NCBI GenBank assembly: GCA_051294375.1
Contig: CM119269.1
Coordinates: 9,125,619 to 9,189,618 of the forward strand
Reading direction: 5' to 3'
DNA from: Paraspadella gotoi
Lineage: Eukaryota; Animalia; Chaetognatha
Length of the DNA: 64,000 nucleotides
This document shows, piece after piece, positions 42,279 through 55,800 of this stretch (position 1 is the stretch's first letter; each line of letters begins with the position of its first letter). The notes below the pieces were generated by a model. It searched no databases and had not been told where the DNA came from. It saw nothing but the letters and a program-made list of their open reading frames with translations. Both the position numbers and the translations under genes were made by a program.

Positions 42279-43442
42279 ATCCATCCAGTTTGTTTCCTCT
42301 TATTTTAATTTTCGACTCTTTGTCTCTCTCTCTCTGTGTCTCTCTCTCTTAAAACGTCAATTAAATCAAAATTTGTTAACTAAGAGCGAAATTGGGGGGA
42401 AAACTTAAACCATTATTTCGTCGTCGTCGTCGTCGTCATCGTCGATATCTTCTTCGTTATCATCGCAGCCGCTTTCACATTTGAAGAAGGAAAAAAATTA
42501 TGTCGCTAGGATTTTTTTTTAATTTTTAGTTTTGTTCGTTTAATTCTAAATCTTTTTTTTTTCAAATTCGAATACTAACAAAGAGAAAATGCCCTCTGGT
42601 TGTGTATGTATATAAATCAACGAGGCGGAATGCGGTGAAGCAAAGTTCAACCTCTCTCTCTCTCTCTCTCTCTTCTCGTTCATCATCCTCTCTCTCTCTC
42701 TTGTAATAAGTCTCAATTTATTATGCCCACTTTTTCTGATATTGTGTTTCTTTTCGGTCGCCAATTAAAAACTGCAACCTTTCCGACCGTCCAGAAACTT
42801 CTATCATTTTTTTTTTTTTCTTTCCGGGAGGATTTTTTTTTTAAATTTTTATTTCTATATGTTCTCTCTCATCTCTCATCTCTCTGCTCTCTCTCTCTCT
42901 CAACTCGTCTCTCTCATCCTCTCTCTCATCTGCTTCTCTCTGTAATCTTTGTTACGGACCCCGTGGTAAGGGAGGAGGCCGTGTAAAGATTTATTAAAAA
43001 AAAAAACCACTCCCTAAAAAAAACCGTTTCCATGGCAAAGAATCGGTGTTTATTTATCAGCGAAACGTCGGTAATGACTGAGATGAGGAAATAAATAAAT
43101 TGATACAAAATTGAAATTGATAAAGGAGAAAGAAAGTGGACGAAATTGCAAAAATGAAACTATCTTCTCCATGAAATGAAAACGCCGATTATAATGGATG
43201 TAACGACATCCGGGGATCAAACGAAAGAGGACAAGATTCGGAAAAATGAAAGTAACCATCGTAGCGCGATCGAGCCACAAATTTAAATACAGTTTGGATT
43301 TGGTTTGAATAAGTCATCTGTCTTGTGTCGTTGTCGTCGTCGTGTGTCGTGCGGTGTGCGGATCGTCGCATCTCTCATCATTTATATCAGCGTTCTATCT
43401 TTCACCTTTGAGGGGAATACATCATCACCTCACACGTATGCT

Positions 43443-43538
<96 letters not shown>

Positions 43539-44577
43539 ACTCGAGTTGTAACATTAGTCTCAAATTTTGAGTTTCTCTGATTTTTTTTTCGTCTCTCACT
43601 CTCTTCCCTCTCTTCTGAATTTTTTAGGGCCTAGGGCAGTTATCAGAGTACATGGGAGTCGTGTAACTAGAAAAGGACCCCGAATAAGGAGAGGAGAAGA
43701 GAGAGAGGGGTATGCGTGACAGACGTATGGAGATGTCGCGCTATATGTATAGTATGATAGTACGCTCTTGCGTATTTCCCTGTGTCGTGCTGACGGTCAG
43801 CGATTCGTACTGAGATGAATCGCGCTGTCTGCGGACGGTTAGCGTGACGTAGAGAGTGAGCCACGGAAGTGCTGCGTTAGAGAGAGAGAGTCCTATGAAG
43901 ATGACATATATTACAGACGCACGCGAGCAGAGAGAGATTTGAGGGTCACCAATCGGCACACAGATTTAGTCGTTCAGTCGAGTGCAGTAGTCTGAGCTGA
44001 GGTTCGTCTGAGTGAGCTATATTCGCTTGCTCGCTCTTGCACGCCGTCGTCTCCATTTGGAGCATCCTACTTCGGATTGGTGAGACGTGGATGAGGTCGA
44101 TGAAGGAGTTCAAATTAGCAACGAATATGAACCGGAACCGACGATGAAAAGGGGGGGGTGTGGAAGGGGCCATTCAAAGCGTGTAGAAGAGGCGCGAGAA
44201 GGGGGGGGGTGGCTCAAGAATAACGCGGGTAGAGGGGGTGGAAGAGGGGTGGAGGGGGGAGAGAGCTCCTGATTGGGGTAGAAGACAACAACAAAAAAAA
44301 AATAATGAAGAAAAAGTATCAACCAAAAAAAAAAAAAAAAAAAAAAATCCTAACAGTCGAATTTTTTTTTGTTGTTGTCTTTTTTCTTTCCTGAACTTTT
44401 TCTGGTCGAGTGTAAACAATGAGAAGCGGGAAAACAAAAGAAGCAAAAAACAGAGCAGTGGGCAACAACGCGAAATGAAGAGGCGAACGACCGGTTGCGG
44501 TTTAAAGGGAAGAGAAGAGAGAGAGAGAGAGAGGAGAGTAGGGAAGAGGAGGAGAGAGAGAGAGAGAAGAGTAGAGA

Positions 44578-44612
<35 letters not shown>

Positions 44613-45924
44613 TTGAAAATGAATTTGACACGACATTATTATTAGGCCAATGACATTCATTTTCTCCTTTTCGTTTCTCTTCTTAATGTATCAATAAGAT
44701 AAATATTGTCTGTTTGGGACTTGGTAGTGATAGTAATATTCTCTATTTTTTTAATACATCTTGATATGGATAGGATCTATGCAAAACATTTCGTGAATAT
44801 CGGTTGAAGATTTTTTGCAGTCATCTATTTTTGAAATAATTTAATAAGTCTATTGAACTTTATTGTTTCAATCAGCCATGCTTTAGTTTTTCTTCTACAT
44901 GTATCTCTCATGTATACATTTATCCATCCCGTTTCCATTCATGTCTTTTCATTCATATACCTATCCATCCAAGCTGTGTTATCCGTTGTACAGGTTAAAT
45001 TAGAACCATATCGATTTAGCCATTCTCCAGATCTTAAGAACTATTCATTTGTTATCTTTCAATCTATTGAACTTCGGATGCGTGACGTGTCGTCCATTGT
45101 CGTTTCGCTTGTCCACCATATATTTACCAATTTATATCTATCCGGTTCGCCATGAGCTCCATTGGAATTTTGTTATCCGATTTCATCTAATTGGCCAGGG
45201 TCGTCCAGTTTCCGATCCTTGCCGTCCATGAATCGTTAGTCGAGAGTCTGCTATCCGACCGCCAATAAATCCTGAGTCCTTAATCCCAACGCGATGTTCA
45301 TGCTTCCTCTCTTCCTCCCTCTTCAGCCTTCGTTTCCTTGCCGCTACTGCATCATAGTCTTTCCTCCCTCTCCTTCCCAAGTTTGAACTCGGGAGTAAAT
45401 AGTAGACCGGTGATTATATGTTGTCGTTGATTAAATTATTTAATTTATTCAATTTAAAAACGAAATCTTCAAAGCCAATAGGTAATTTGGAGGGGATGTC
45501 TTATATTGATCGGTCCCCGGTTTGAACTTGATTTCGAGGCAGGAGGGAAGAGAAAGGAGAGAGAGAGAGAGAGAGAGAGGAGAGAGGAGAGATGGGAGAG
45601 AGAGAGGAGAGAGAGAGAGAGAGAGAGATTAATGAGGAAATTATAAAAATTCGCGTACAGAAATGTTAAGATCGAAGAATTTCAGCGGAATTCGTTGAGG
45701 ATAGCGGAAGGGGTCATAGAGAGTACAGTAGATTTGCTTTCTGCATTTCAATACCCGTTCTTTTAAAAATGCAGTAATTGCCGTCTTGCATATACTTTTT
45801 TAAGTTAAATATCCAAAATGAGTTATATAAGTTTGTTTGAAGGATTGCAGGGGAATCTTTAATAGATATTTTTCTCGTATTCGGTAAAGATTTATTTAGA
45901 AAGAAATCAGGGAAGACAGTTCTT

Positions 45925-46019
45925 TCCCCCCCCCCCCCCCGCCGCCCGCCTCCGCCCCCCCCCCCCCCCCCCCCCCCGCCCCCCCCCCCCCCCCGCCCTC
46001 CCCCCCCCGCCCCCCCCCC
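45925..46019. repeat. ~95 nt poly-C tract with sparse G/T interruptions
   Basis: Seen directly. Confidence 0.85.
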
Positions 46020-46686
46020 TGATTACTGTCATTTGGTCAGGTCACCGCAGCTCCATTAACCAAGTCCTCTGCATTCTCATATACTACTACTCTCTCTCTC
46101 TCTCTCCTCTCTCTCTCTTCTATCCTTCTGCCTCTCCTCTCTCTCTCTCTCTTCTCTCTCTCGTCCACCGGTCACCTGTCTCTCTCTCTCATCCTTTCTT
46201 CGTCATTATTTCCTTCCTTAACCCTCCATATACCCGTCTTTGCCTGCGGCCGAATTCGGCGTATGTGGTCATTCATCAAATCTTTCAATCATTCATTCAT
46301 TAATAAATTAATAAATTAATTAATTGATTCATTCATTCATTAATTCACTCACACATTCTCTTATTCATTCATTCATTTTTGCAATTAATTTTACGAGCTC
46401 TAAACCCTCTCTTCTCAAAATAACTCATAAAACATTTCTTCTCTTTCTCCTTGCTCTCTCCTCCCTGTATTTCCCTCTCTCCTCACTCACTCCCTCTCTT
46501 TCCTCCCTCCCTCTTCCTCTCTCCTCCCTGTATTTCCCTCTCTCCTCGCTCACTCCCCCTCTTTCCTCCCTCCCTCTTTCTCTCTCCTCCCTCTGTTTCC
46601 TTTTTCTCCGCCACACACAATTCGAGCGGTCGATCAAAAGAATGTTTCTTTCTTTTTTGCAGAGAAAAAAGTTTATTACCCGAGAA

Positions 46687-46755
<69 letters not shown>
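46687..46755. repeat. (CGT)n microsatellite
   Basis: Perfect trinucleotide run. Confidence 0.95.
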
Positions 46756-47969
46756 GAGGAAGGTGAATCTCAAGACGAGTCACGTGACCAAAGGGTAAGT
46801 CCTCCAAAAAACTGGTCACGTTTCATCGAAGAATCCCGCGTCTGACCCAAAAAATGACGACCGACCGACTCATCAGAGAACATCGACGATTTTTATTTCT
46901 ATCATTTTATGTCTCNNNNNNNNNNNNNNNNNNNNNNNNNNNNNNNNNNNNNNNNNNNNNNNNNNNNNNNNNNNNNNNNNNNNNNNNNNNNNNNNNNNNN
47001 NNNNNNNNNNNNNNNNNNNNNNNNNNNNNNNNNNNNNNNNNNNNNNNNNNNNNNNNNNNNNNNNNNNNNNNNNNNNNNNNNNNNNNNNNNNNNNNNNNNN
47101 NNNNNNNNNNNNNNNNNNNCCATTTGATATTGCCGCCGCCATCGGGGTTCGTTCGATATTATTTACGAGTTTATTAAAAATGAATTTAAATGTTAGAGAA
47201 ATATGCTCGTCACTTAAGGGAGGAAACATAAATTAAAGAATTCCATCTTAGGGCAAAGTATGCAGCTGGAAGAAATATAATCTGCAGCAGCAGCAGCCGG
47301 CACCGCGACGCCGAAGCTCGTAAGAAAAGACCCGAAAGAATTTTAATTCAAAACTTTTCAAAACTCATTAATGTCATTTTTCTTTAGAGTTGGAGTTAAA
47401 TTAAATCAAACTTCGATTTTTTCGAAAAGTCAAGAAAAAAACCTCGAGAATTAAGAATTTGTTTTTATTGAATTTATTTTGGTTTTCTTGGGGTAATTCT
47501 TTATTTTATGACTTCGAGAATTTCTATCTTTTATATGTCTATGCAGTTTTAGTGTATAATTTTTATCATGAATTTTATTTTAAAGTAAAAGTATTAGTAA
47601 ATCTGTCAACTCTTTTCCGAGCAATTTTTTTTNNNNNNNNNNTTTTTTTTCTCGAAATCTTGATTAAGTTCCCTGCTGTTCTGTTCCTGTTCCATTGGAC
47701 AATAAACTTTAATTACGAAGGTGGATAATATTTCAANNNNNNNNNNNNNNNNNNNNNNNNNNNNNNNNNNNNNNNNNNNNNNNNNNNNNNNNNNNNNNNN
47801 NNNNNNNNNNNNNNNNNNNNNNNNNNNNNNNNNNNNTTCACAATTGTCATCAAAGACTTCTCACGACCTTCCTCTTTTAAACATCTCATTTTTAGTCTCA
47901 AAATTGTTGTTGCTTCTTAAAATTTTGCGAAGTACAATTTCAACGTGGCCCCTGTCTGGATATTTTTGC

Positions 47970-48185
47970 ATTGACCATAACTGACTAAATGACATACCTG
48001 ATGCCAGTTCCTCTCCGACCATTGCTTACCAAATGCCATCACTAATGCCATTTCCTCTCCGACCATCGCTGATCAAATGTAACCACTGATACCTGTGATG
48101 TCAGTTCCTCTGGCACCATCGCTGACCAAGTGCCATCACTGATGCAAGTTCCTCTGGTATCATCGCCGACCAAATGCCATCCATC
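47970..48185. repeat. ~44 bp minisatellite, 4-5 copies
   Basis: CCATCGCTGACCAAATGCCATCACTGATGCCAGTTCCTCT-like units. Confidence 0.8.
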
Positions 48186-48352
48186 GAGAAATGGATCGTG
48201 ACGTCATCGGGTTAATCGAGTTCATGAAGCGACCATGAAAACAACAACAACAACGACGACGACGACGAGGACGAATTGAAATTATCTCTTCGTTCTAAAG
48301 GCTCCGATTTTCCCATTTATATATAACGATTAAAAAATCATGGGAAAAAAAA

Positions 48353-48512
<160 letters not shown>

Positions 48513-49051
48513 ATGAATGAAAATCATAAAAGAATTCTTTTCCCGTGAAATAATTCGATTATGAAAAAAATTGTTGAATTGTGTTGGAGATGAGGATTAA
48601 GAAGCTGACGACGACGACGACGATGACGACCAAAAACAATAAACCTTCAACTCGACGATCGAATTCCCAAAACGAAATTCAAAATCCGTTAATAATTAAT
48701 CTAATAATCATAGTAATTAAACCGGATTCTCGGTTCCATTTAGAGGAAAAGAGGAGGAAAATGATAAAACCTCTCATTAAAGCGTATGAAATTGTTGTTG
48801 TTGTTGTTGTTATTTTTCAATAGATCGTCTTATCCCAGTTTACAGCCGCTTCTCAGCGATAAGGCGATTTGTACTGTAGTTTTCTTGTCAGTAAGTTTTG
48901 GTTGTACCGTACTCGGCTGTAATTTTTGGGTCAAAAATTCCCGATGATGAGAGGGAAGGTCAAGAAGATGAGATTTGGCTCAGGGGTGGGTCATTAATCG
49001 AGATAAGGAAAGAGAGAGAGAGGAAGAGAGAAAGAGGGAGAGAGACAGAGA

Positions 49052-49104
<53 letters not shown>

Positions 49105-49528
49105 TTTTCACAAAAAGAAGGGAGGAAAAATTCTAAAAAGAAGTTTAATTATTGTGATCTTTATTTATTTATTCTTTATTTTTTATGTTTATCTTTCCTT
49201 TCCTTTCTTTTCCTTTCCTTTCTTTCCTTTCCTTTCCTTTCCTTTTCCTTTCCTTTCCTTTCCTTTCCTTTCCTTTCCTTTCTCTTTTCCTTTTTCTTCC
49301 TTCCCATCATGAAGGAACTCAATTTGGAGTGGATTAACGTCACGGGAAACGATTCAGTGAATCGGTGATTGAGTGAAATAGTGATGAGAGGCCGGCGGAA
49401 AAAGGGACCGCTCGTGGATATGAAAAAGGGGGGCGACTATCTAGGGTAGGGAGGAGGAGGAGGAGGAGGAGGAGGAGGAATTTGATTTTGATATGGAGCG
49501 AGAGAGAAATTGAAGGGGTGGGCGCAAT

Positions 49529-49611
<83 letters not shown>

Positions 49612-50236
49612 CTCTCTCTCGTCTCTGTCATGTGTCTCAATTTCCGGGAATAATTAAAAGTCTTGGTCATTTGCCTGTCGTCGTCGAAAGGAAAGAATTC
49701 ACACAACAACAACAATAATCTTAACTTCTCTTCTCCCAAGAGAAGATTAAAATTGCTAAGCATTCACGACAAACTTCGGTATTCACGTTATCTTCGGAAC
49801 TTTCGAGGTATCACATCCTCTTACCTATTGATTCATCACTAATATAATAATAATAATAATAATAAAATAATAATAATAATAATAGATAATAATATAATAA
49901 TAATAATAATAAAATAATAATAATGATAATAAAATCGTCGATCTTTGATTTAAATCATAGTTGATGGTTTAGCATCAATTAGTTTTTGTAGTGTCGTCAT
50001 CTGATTCCATTTGCCTTCAGGAATTACTGTCTCTACTTCTCTCACTTACATATAATAGAACTTTATCAGTTCATCAACCCCTGTAATACAAAATCGGTAC
50101 ACCATTCCCATGTCATTTTCTCCTTTACTCTTCAACGCGTTTGATTTTCTATTCCCATGACCCCACGAAAACCTGTCGCTCGTCCTTAACGACGCCCCGC
50201 CGAGAGGAGGCTCTGTCTCTCTTCTCTCTCTCTCGT

Positions 50237-50299
<63 letters not shown>

Positions 50300-52239
50300 G
50301 GTTTTGTGGTCAATGAAAAACTCCGAAAATCCCTTTGAGATGAGAAGATGCGATTTAATTCGTTCTCGTCTTAGTTGGGATTTTGTCCGTCGATGTTCCT
50401 CGACGGGACGGACACAGACGGACAAAGGGATGAGACTGGGATTTAGAGATTGAGTATGAGAATTGGGACGAAAGGGGACAAGAAACAAAAAAACAAAACA
50501 GAAAGATAAAACAAGAAATGAAAAAAGAAAAGAAGATAGTATAAAAATAAAGAAAATTCATTGAGATGATAGGTATAGTTTGAGAGAGATGAGTCGGAGT
50601 GGAATTGAACAAGATATGAGTCGAGTTAGAATAAGAAGGATGATTATCAGATGAGAAGATGACGCTAGCATGATGAGAAGAGAGTTTGCCGAAGAGAGGA
50701 TGAAGTTTAGCAGTTGACGAAGATGAGTCGAGGAGGACAGACAAGAACGAGTCTGCGGGATTTAGAAGACGTCATAAAATCGTATCAAAGCTCGAATTCG
50801 TCTTGGCGGCGGAGACGGGGGAGAGACGAGAGAGAGGCAGAGGAAGAGAGAGGAGTGAGAGGAGGGAAGAGAGAGCAGAGAGAGAGGATGGCGGATTGAC
50901 GACTAGAAGGGAGAGAGAGAGGAGGAAGAGAGAGAGAGAGAAGAGAATTGGTTGTTGACCTTCCACACTCTGTGGCCATGGATGAAACTGCTCTCTCTAA
51001 ACTCGGAAACAAAGAGCAAGAGAATGAGATTAGAAAGAAAAAGTTTAGCGTTGTTGTTCGTGGGCGAGAGAGATTTGGTGTGGCCGTCACGTTAGGGTTG
51101 GTTAGGAGGCGCGATAATTGGGGGGGGGGCGGAATTCTGTAGCTTCCAGGAGCTGCTTGTAGAGTTTGAAGTGTGAAATCGATCTAGTGATATAGCGGAG
51201 TGATAGTTTGACAGTGTGAATCGCTCTACGTGATGAATTTAAGGAAAAGACTCCCATGGTGAACCCGGTCCGTCGCGAATGGATTTCAGAAGTTGTGAAA
51301 CTTGTGATCGACAAATTTTCGTCGACTTTAGATATGAATCTCAAGTGGTCAGCCTGATGTGGTCAGCCTGACGTGGTCAGAGTGACGTGGTATTGGGGAG
51401 TTGAGGGTCGGTTACGAGTGGACAGAATCTGAGGATCGAATTGATAAGAAGAGAGAAAAAAGATGTTTCGAGTTTCGAGTGGATCCACAACAGATATCTG
51501 AATAAATCTAGTATCCTCGAAAAACAAATGCTTGCAAAAGTCTGTCAGTCAGTACGTCTGTCGATGATCGGCATCTGCGGCGTACGCACCGGCTCTGTGA
51601 CACGCACAAAAATCGAACTCAGATTTAAAAAAAAACGACGAATTTTGAAAAAAAAAATAGAAGGGAAAAGAAAAAAAAATGGAAAAGGGAAAAATGAAAG
51701 AAAGAAAAAGAGTTGAGAGAATCTTAACAGGGCAGACAAGCGGCATAAATCGAATTACCGTTGCGATTAGATTAAAATCGAATTGAAGAAAAAGTTTTTC
51801 CTTCTTATTTAGTAAAAAAAAATTGAATTTACAAGAATAAATGAGGAAGGAAAATGGGACGAAGAAAAGGATTATTATTTCTAGAAGTTAGGATGGAGAA
51901 AATGAGAGATGATTAAGGTTTTAGCGTTAGGATTTTAATTAAAATACTTATTCTAGTGTTTTATAACTAAAACACTAAAACGCTATGTTCGTCCGAATCC
52001 TTTACTTACCATATTCCCAACCCGATTTAATTTTTCTCTTCACTTTTAACTTTTCTCCAACTTTTAACAAGGATCAATTATATGCTTCTTCAATTTAGCA
52101 CTCCCCTGAAGCCAGGTCCTAATCTCGCTCCTCTTCCCTACTCCGCTACCCCATCTCGACCATTCCAGCTCCACTTCCCCTAAAAAGCTCCGCCACCCCA
52201 CTCGCTGCACCCGAGTCCGCGGCCCGCTCCTGAACTCAC

Positions 52240-52302
52240 GTGTGAAGAGAAGGGCTTGAAGGAGTTGTTGGGGGCGATGGAAGGGGTGGCCATCGTCGTC
52301 AT
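52240..52302 (-). CDS. dri: dead ringer/ARID3, probable first coding exon (MTTMATPSIAPNNSFKPFSSH)
   Basis: ATG in GAGGCCATGA context with an in-frame TGA upstream. 21 codons end at a consensus phase-0 donor CAC|GTGAGT, matching the phase-0 acceptor of the exon at 41980. Assignment rests on phase and position, not homology. Confidence 0.65.
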
Positions 52303-52499
52303 GGCCTCCGGGCGGATGAGGCGAATGTCTCGCTCTCTGTCGTTCGCTCTCGCTCGTCAAGCAGAAGCGCGACTCTGTCCTTATGAAAAAAGCAGCGGCT
52401 TTTGAAAGGAAGGGCGTTGTGGACAGGTGGAGGCGAGGAATTGATTCGTGAGGGTTTTTTTTTTTTTTAAATCGGCGCGAAGAGATGAAAAAAAGGCGC

Positions 52500-52665
52500 G
52501 TAGTGATGAGCGAGTTTGGCGCGCAGTGACGTAGCGTCAATAATTTACAAAATGTATGTAATCGTCAGCAGCGAATTTGACCTTTGACTTTTTCGCCGGA
52601 AATTAAATGACGCCGATTGACGCCGGAAATTCGATCTGTGACGCGGATTGAAGCCGGAAGAGAAT
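52500..52665 (-). promoter_or_regulatory. Candidate dri proximal promoter
   Basis: CpG-rich, 200-350 nt upstream of the putative ATG. Contains TTTGGCGCGC (E2F-like, 52515), inverted TGACG-N3-CGTCA (52527-52539), TGACCTTTGACT (nuclear-receptor DR1-like, 52578-52589) and three CCGGAA ETS cores (52596, 52623, 52654). Motif evidence only. Confidence 0.4.
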
Positions 52666-53814
52666 CTTCACCTTTTTCGATCTCACCGAGTCATTTCGAT
52701 TCGGATCGAGTCTCACTCCTTTTCTTGTTTGCATCGACGTCTACTTTGATCGCATAAAATGCAGTCGATGACTTTTTTGTTGATATATTTATTTTAAGAG
52801 TTTATGTAATTTGGTAAAAACCAGCGAGACCCAAAAAAAAAATAAGAATTTAACTAAGTTGAATTCGATGGGGGAAAGGAATGTTTGTTTTAGTTCTAAT
52901 TATATTTAGTGTTTTTTTCACGATTCGCGTTTGTTGTTGTCGTTGTCGTTCTCGTCGTCGTCGTCGACAATGTTTGTAATTTTAATTTCACTTTGATCTT
53001 TTGTTTGTTTTTATTTATTAAATTTTTTTTAAAAATGAAGTTTTTTGTTGGTTTTTTTTTTTCCGGGAGATTCTAAAGTCGCGACGCGGAATTCACTGAT
53101 GTGATGATCATCATTCGAAGGGAAAAATTCAAAGACCAAAAACGACGAGAGGACGACGACGACGACGACGACGAGGCGATAAAGGAGGAGGAGGAGGAGG
53201 AGGAGGAGGAGGAGGAGGAAGACCGTCTGATGAGACTTGTTCTCGCTTTTTTCTTCCTCTGTAATGTTCGATCTGCGGATGAAGGAGAAGGAGAAGGAGG
53301 AGGAGGAGGAGGAAGAGGGAGAGGAGAGGGAAGAGGAAGAGGAGAGGAATCGGGATATCGAAAGCGATGATATTAAAATGTTGGAGGAAGAGGAAAAAAC
53401 CGCAATGAGGAGGAGAGAGTAACGCGGGCGTCGTCGTTGTTGTTGTTGCTGTCGTTGTTGTCGTCGTTGTTGTTGTGGTTGGTATTGCTAATGATGTTAA
53501 AGAGTTTGATTTTACAGCAGATAATTTTATTAATTAAACCTTTTGATTGGTTTTAATTAGTAAAGTAATGATTTTGTTGCTATGTTTACATCTAAATTTA
53601 AAAAAATGATGGTAATCTTTCACATCTTTTTTTTTTTAAATTTTAGGGTAATTGTTCAAATTGCTCCTGTATAGAGAGGTAAAGAGTAAAAACTGAAATG
53701 TTATAAACTAAGAAACAAATATTTTTGAAAAAATATTAATTGAGAATTAAAGTGAATCAAAAACTTAATAAAAAAATGATCTAACCGCAGACCTCCAAGG
53801 AGAGAGAGAGAGAG

Positions 53815-53859
<45 letters not shown>

Positions 53860-55104
53860 CAGAGAGAGAGGAGAGGAGTAAAAGCCCAAATTTTCCCTTT
53901 TCGGTTAAGGAAGCCTCCTTATTTAGCAGGATTACTTTACATTATTAATGAAGATATTAGGAGGCCACACAAGGGAGTTAAAAGCCGCGCATATGGTAAG
54001 GCAGAGGTGGAAATGGAACGATATGGTGAGGAAGAGGAGGAGGAGGAAGAGGAGGAGGAGGAGAATTTGCCGCGATTGAAAAGCTCCCGCGATTGGAGTC
54101 AGATTCGCTACGGCGTCTTCCTTCGCCTCGGCTCCTCGCAGCTGCAGGAGTTTCGGGTCCGCTGCTGCGGAAGCNNNNNNNNNNNNNNNNNNNNNNNNNN
54201 NNNNNNNNNNNNNNNNNNNNNNNNNNNNNNNNNNNNNNNNNNNNNNNNNNNNNNNNNNNNNNNNNNNNNNNNNNNNNNNNNNNNNNNNNNNNNNNNNNNN
54301 NNNNNNNNNNNNNNNNNNNNNNNNNNNNNNNNNNNNNNNNNNNNNNNNNNNNNNNNNNNNNNNNNNNNGAGAGAGAGAGAGAGAGCGTAGCAACCAAAAG
54401 GAAACGAAGGAAGGAAGCATCCGACTTTTTTTTTCTCTTATTTTGACGAAAAGATAAAAGATGAGAAACAGAAAATAGAGAGAGAGGAAGGTGAAAATAG
54501 AGAGGGAGAGGGATGACTAGAGAGGGAGAGAGATGAATAGAGAGGGAGAGAGATGAATAAAGAGGGAGAGAGTGGAATAGATAGGGAGGAGAAGGAAATA
54601 GAGAGGGAGAGAGGAAAAAGGAAAGGGAGAGAGAATAAAAGAAAGAAGTAGAAAGATAAACAGAGAAGGAGAGAGGAAGAAAAAATTAAGAAAAAGTGTT
54701 AGAAAGGAAAGAAGAAAAAAGGAAGAAACTCAGGAAGGAACTGATGATAATGAAAAATAAAATAAAAAAAAAAAGCGAGAGAACTTGAATGGAAGAAGAA
54801 GTGAAAAAAAACTGATGTGTGATTATAAAAAAATATAATATATAGGGGTGTAAACGAGGTTTAAAACTGAATAGTAATAATATGTGCGATTTTATTTCGA
54901 ATACAACGAGGTTGATTCAGTACAATAATCATCACACACAAACAAACACAACATAGACTAAGTCTAAGCAAAAAAAAAAATATATATAAAATAGAAGAGA
55001 AAAAAGTTAATTAAATAAAATTAATTAATTAAAATTTAAACAATTAAAAATTGTTCTTATGTTGTAAAAAACGGAACAAGTTTCTGAAGAACAGTATTTT
55101 TGTA

Positions 55105-55123
55105 TTAATAATAATAATAAATA

Positions 55124-55169
<46 letters not shown>

Positions 55170-55265
55170 CAATAATAATAATAATAATAATAATAATCAA
55201 TAATAAATAATAATAATATAATAATAATAATATAATAATAATAATAATAATAATATATAATAATA
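55105..55265. repeat. (AAT)n microsatellite (another at ~49840-49930)
   Basis: Seen directly. Confidence 0.9.
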
Positions 55266-55384
55266 GTTTTTATAATGTTTATAAATAAGGTTTCGAGGAC
55301 AACCTTGAGTAGATCTACGCTTTGTAATCTCTTTTAAAAAAGCGTGTAGAGCCACGAGGAAAAACATTGCTAGTAACTGATAAA

Positions 55385-55800
55385 AATCTTCAGTCATTTT
55401 CTTGGTCTCCGGTCCTTTACATCCGCCTCCGGAAAATCTCGGCGCCAAAAATCTAAACGCTAATCTTTGGCGCCGGAAGAACCCGGCATCGACTCTCTGC
55501 CCCGAAAAAATCTTAATATCAAATCCCGGCGCCGGAATCTTTCGCCTCAGGACGCCGGGCGACGAGGGCGTTCTCTAATCTGAGTCTCAGGCGCCTCGAC
55601 TGACACACCCCCGACTCCTCCCTTTCAGCCCTGGCGGCACGGGGCGGCGCTAGAGAGTGGACAGCCCCTCGGGCTTGACCGCGCCACCCTCGCCGCTCGG
55701 AGTCGGGGCGTGTCCCTCTCGACCCCTTGTCCCCCCCCAAACTTTATCACCCCCGGGGCCGGCGACGTTGTTTCGCGTGACTTTGGAACAAAATGTTTGG
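55385..55800. promoter_or_regulatory. GC/CpG-rich island between dri and flotillin-1; candidate promoter or enhancer
   Basis: Abrupt GC-rich block in AT-rich surroundings. Contains an Inr-like TCAGTC (55390), an inverted pair GGCGCCAAA (55441) / TTTGGCGCC (55466) and several CCGGAA. Confidence 0.3.

Larger units (their letters stand above)
34430..42870. repeat. ~4 kb tandem duplication (about 34430-38864 vs 38890-42870) either side of a 25-N gap
   Basis: Colinear near-identity through the (CAT)n tract, both dri exons and intron sequence; differences are mainly indels and repeat lengths. Confidence 0.9.
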
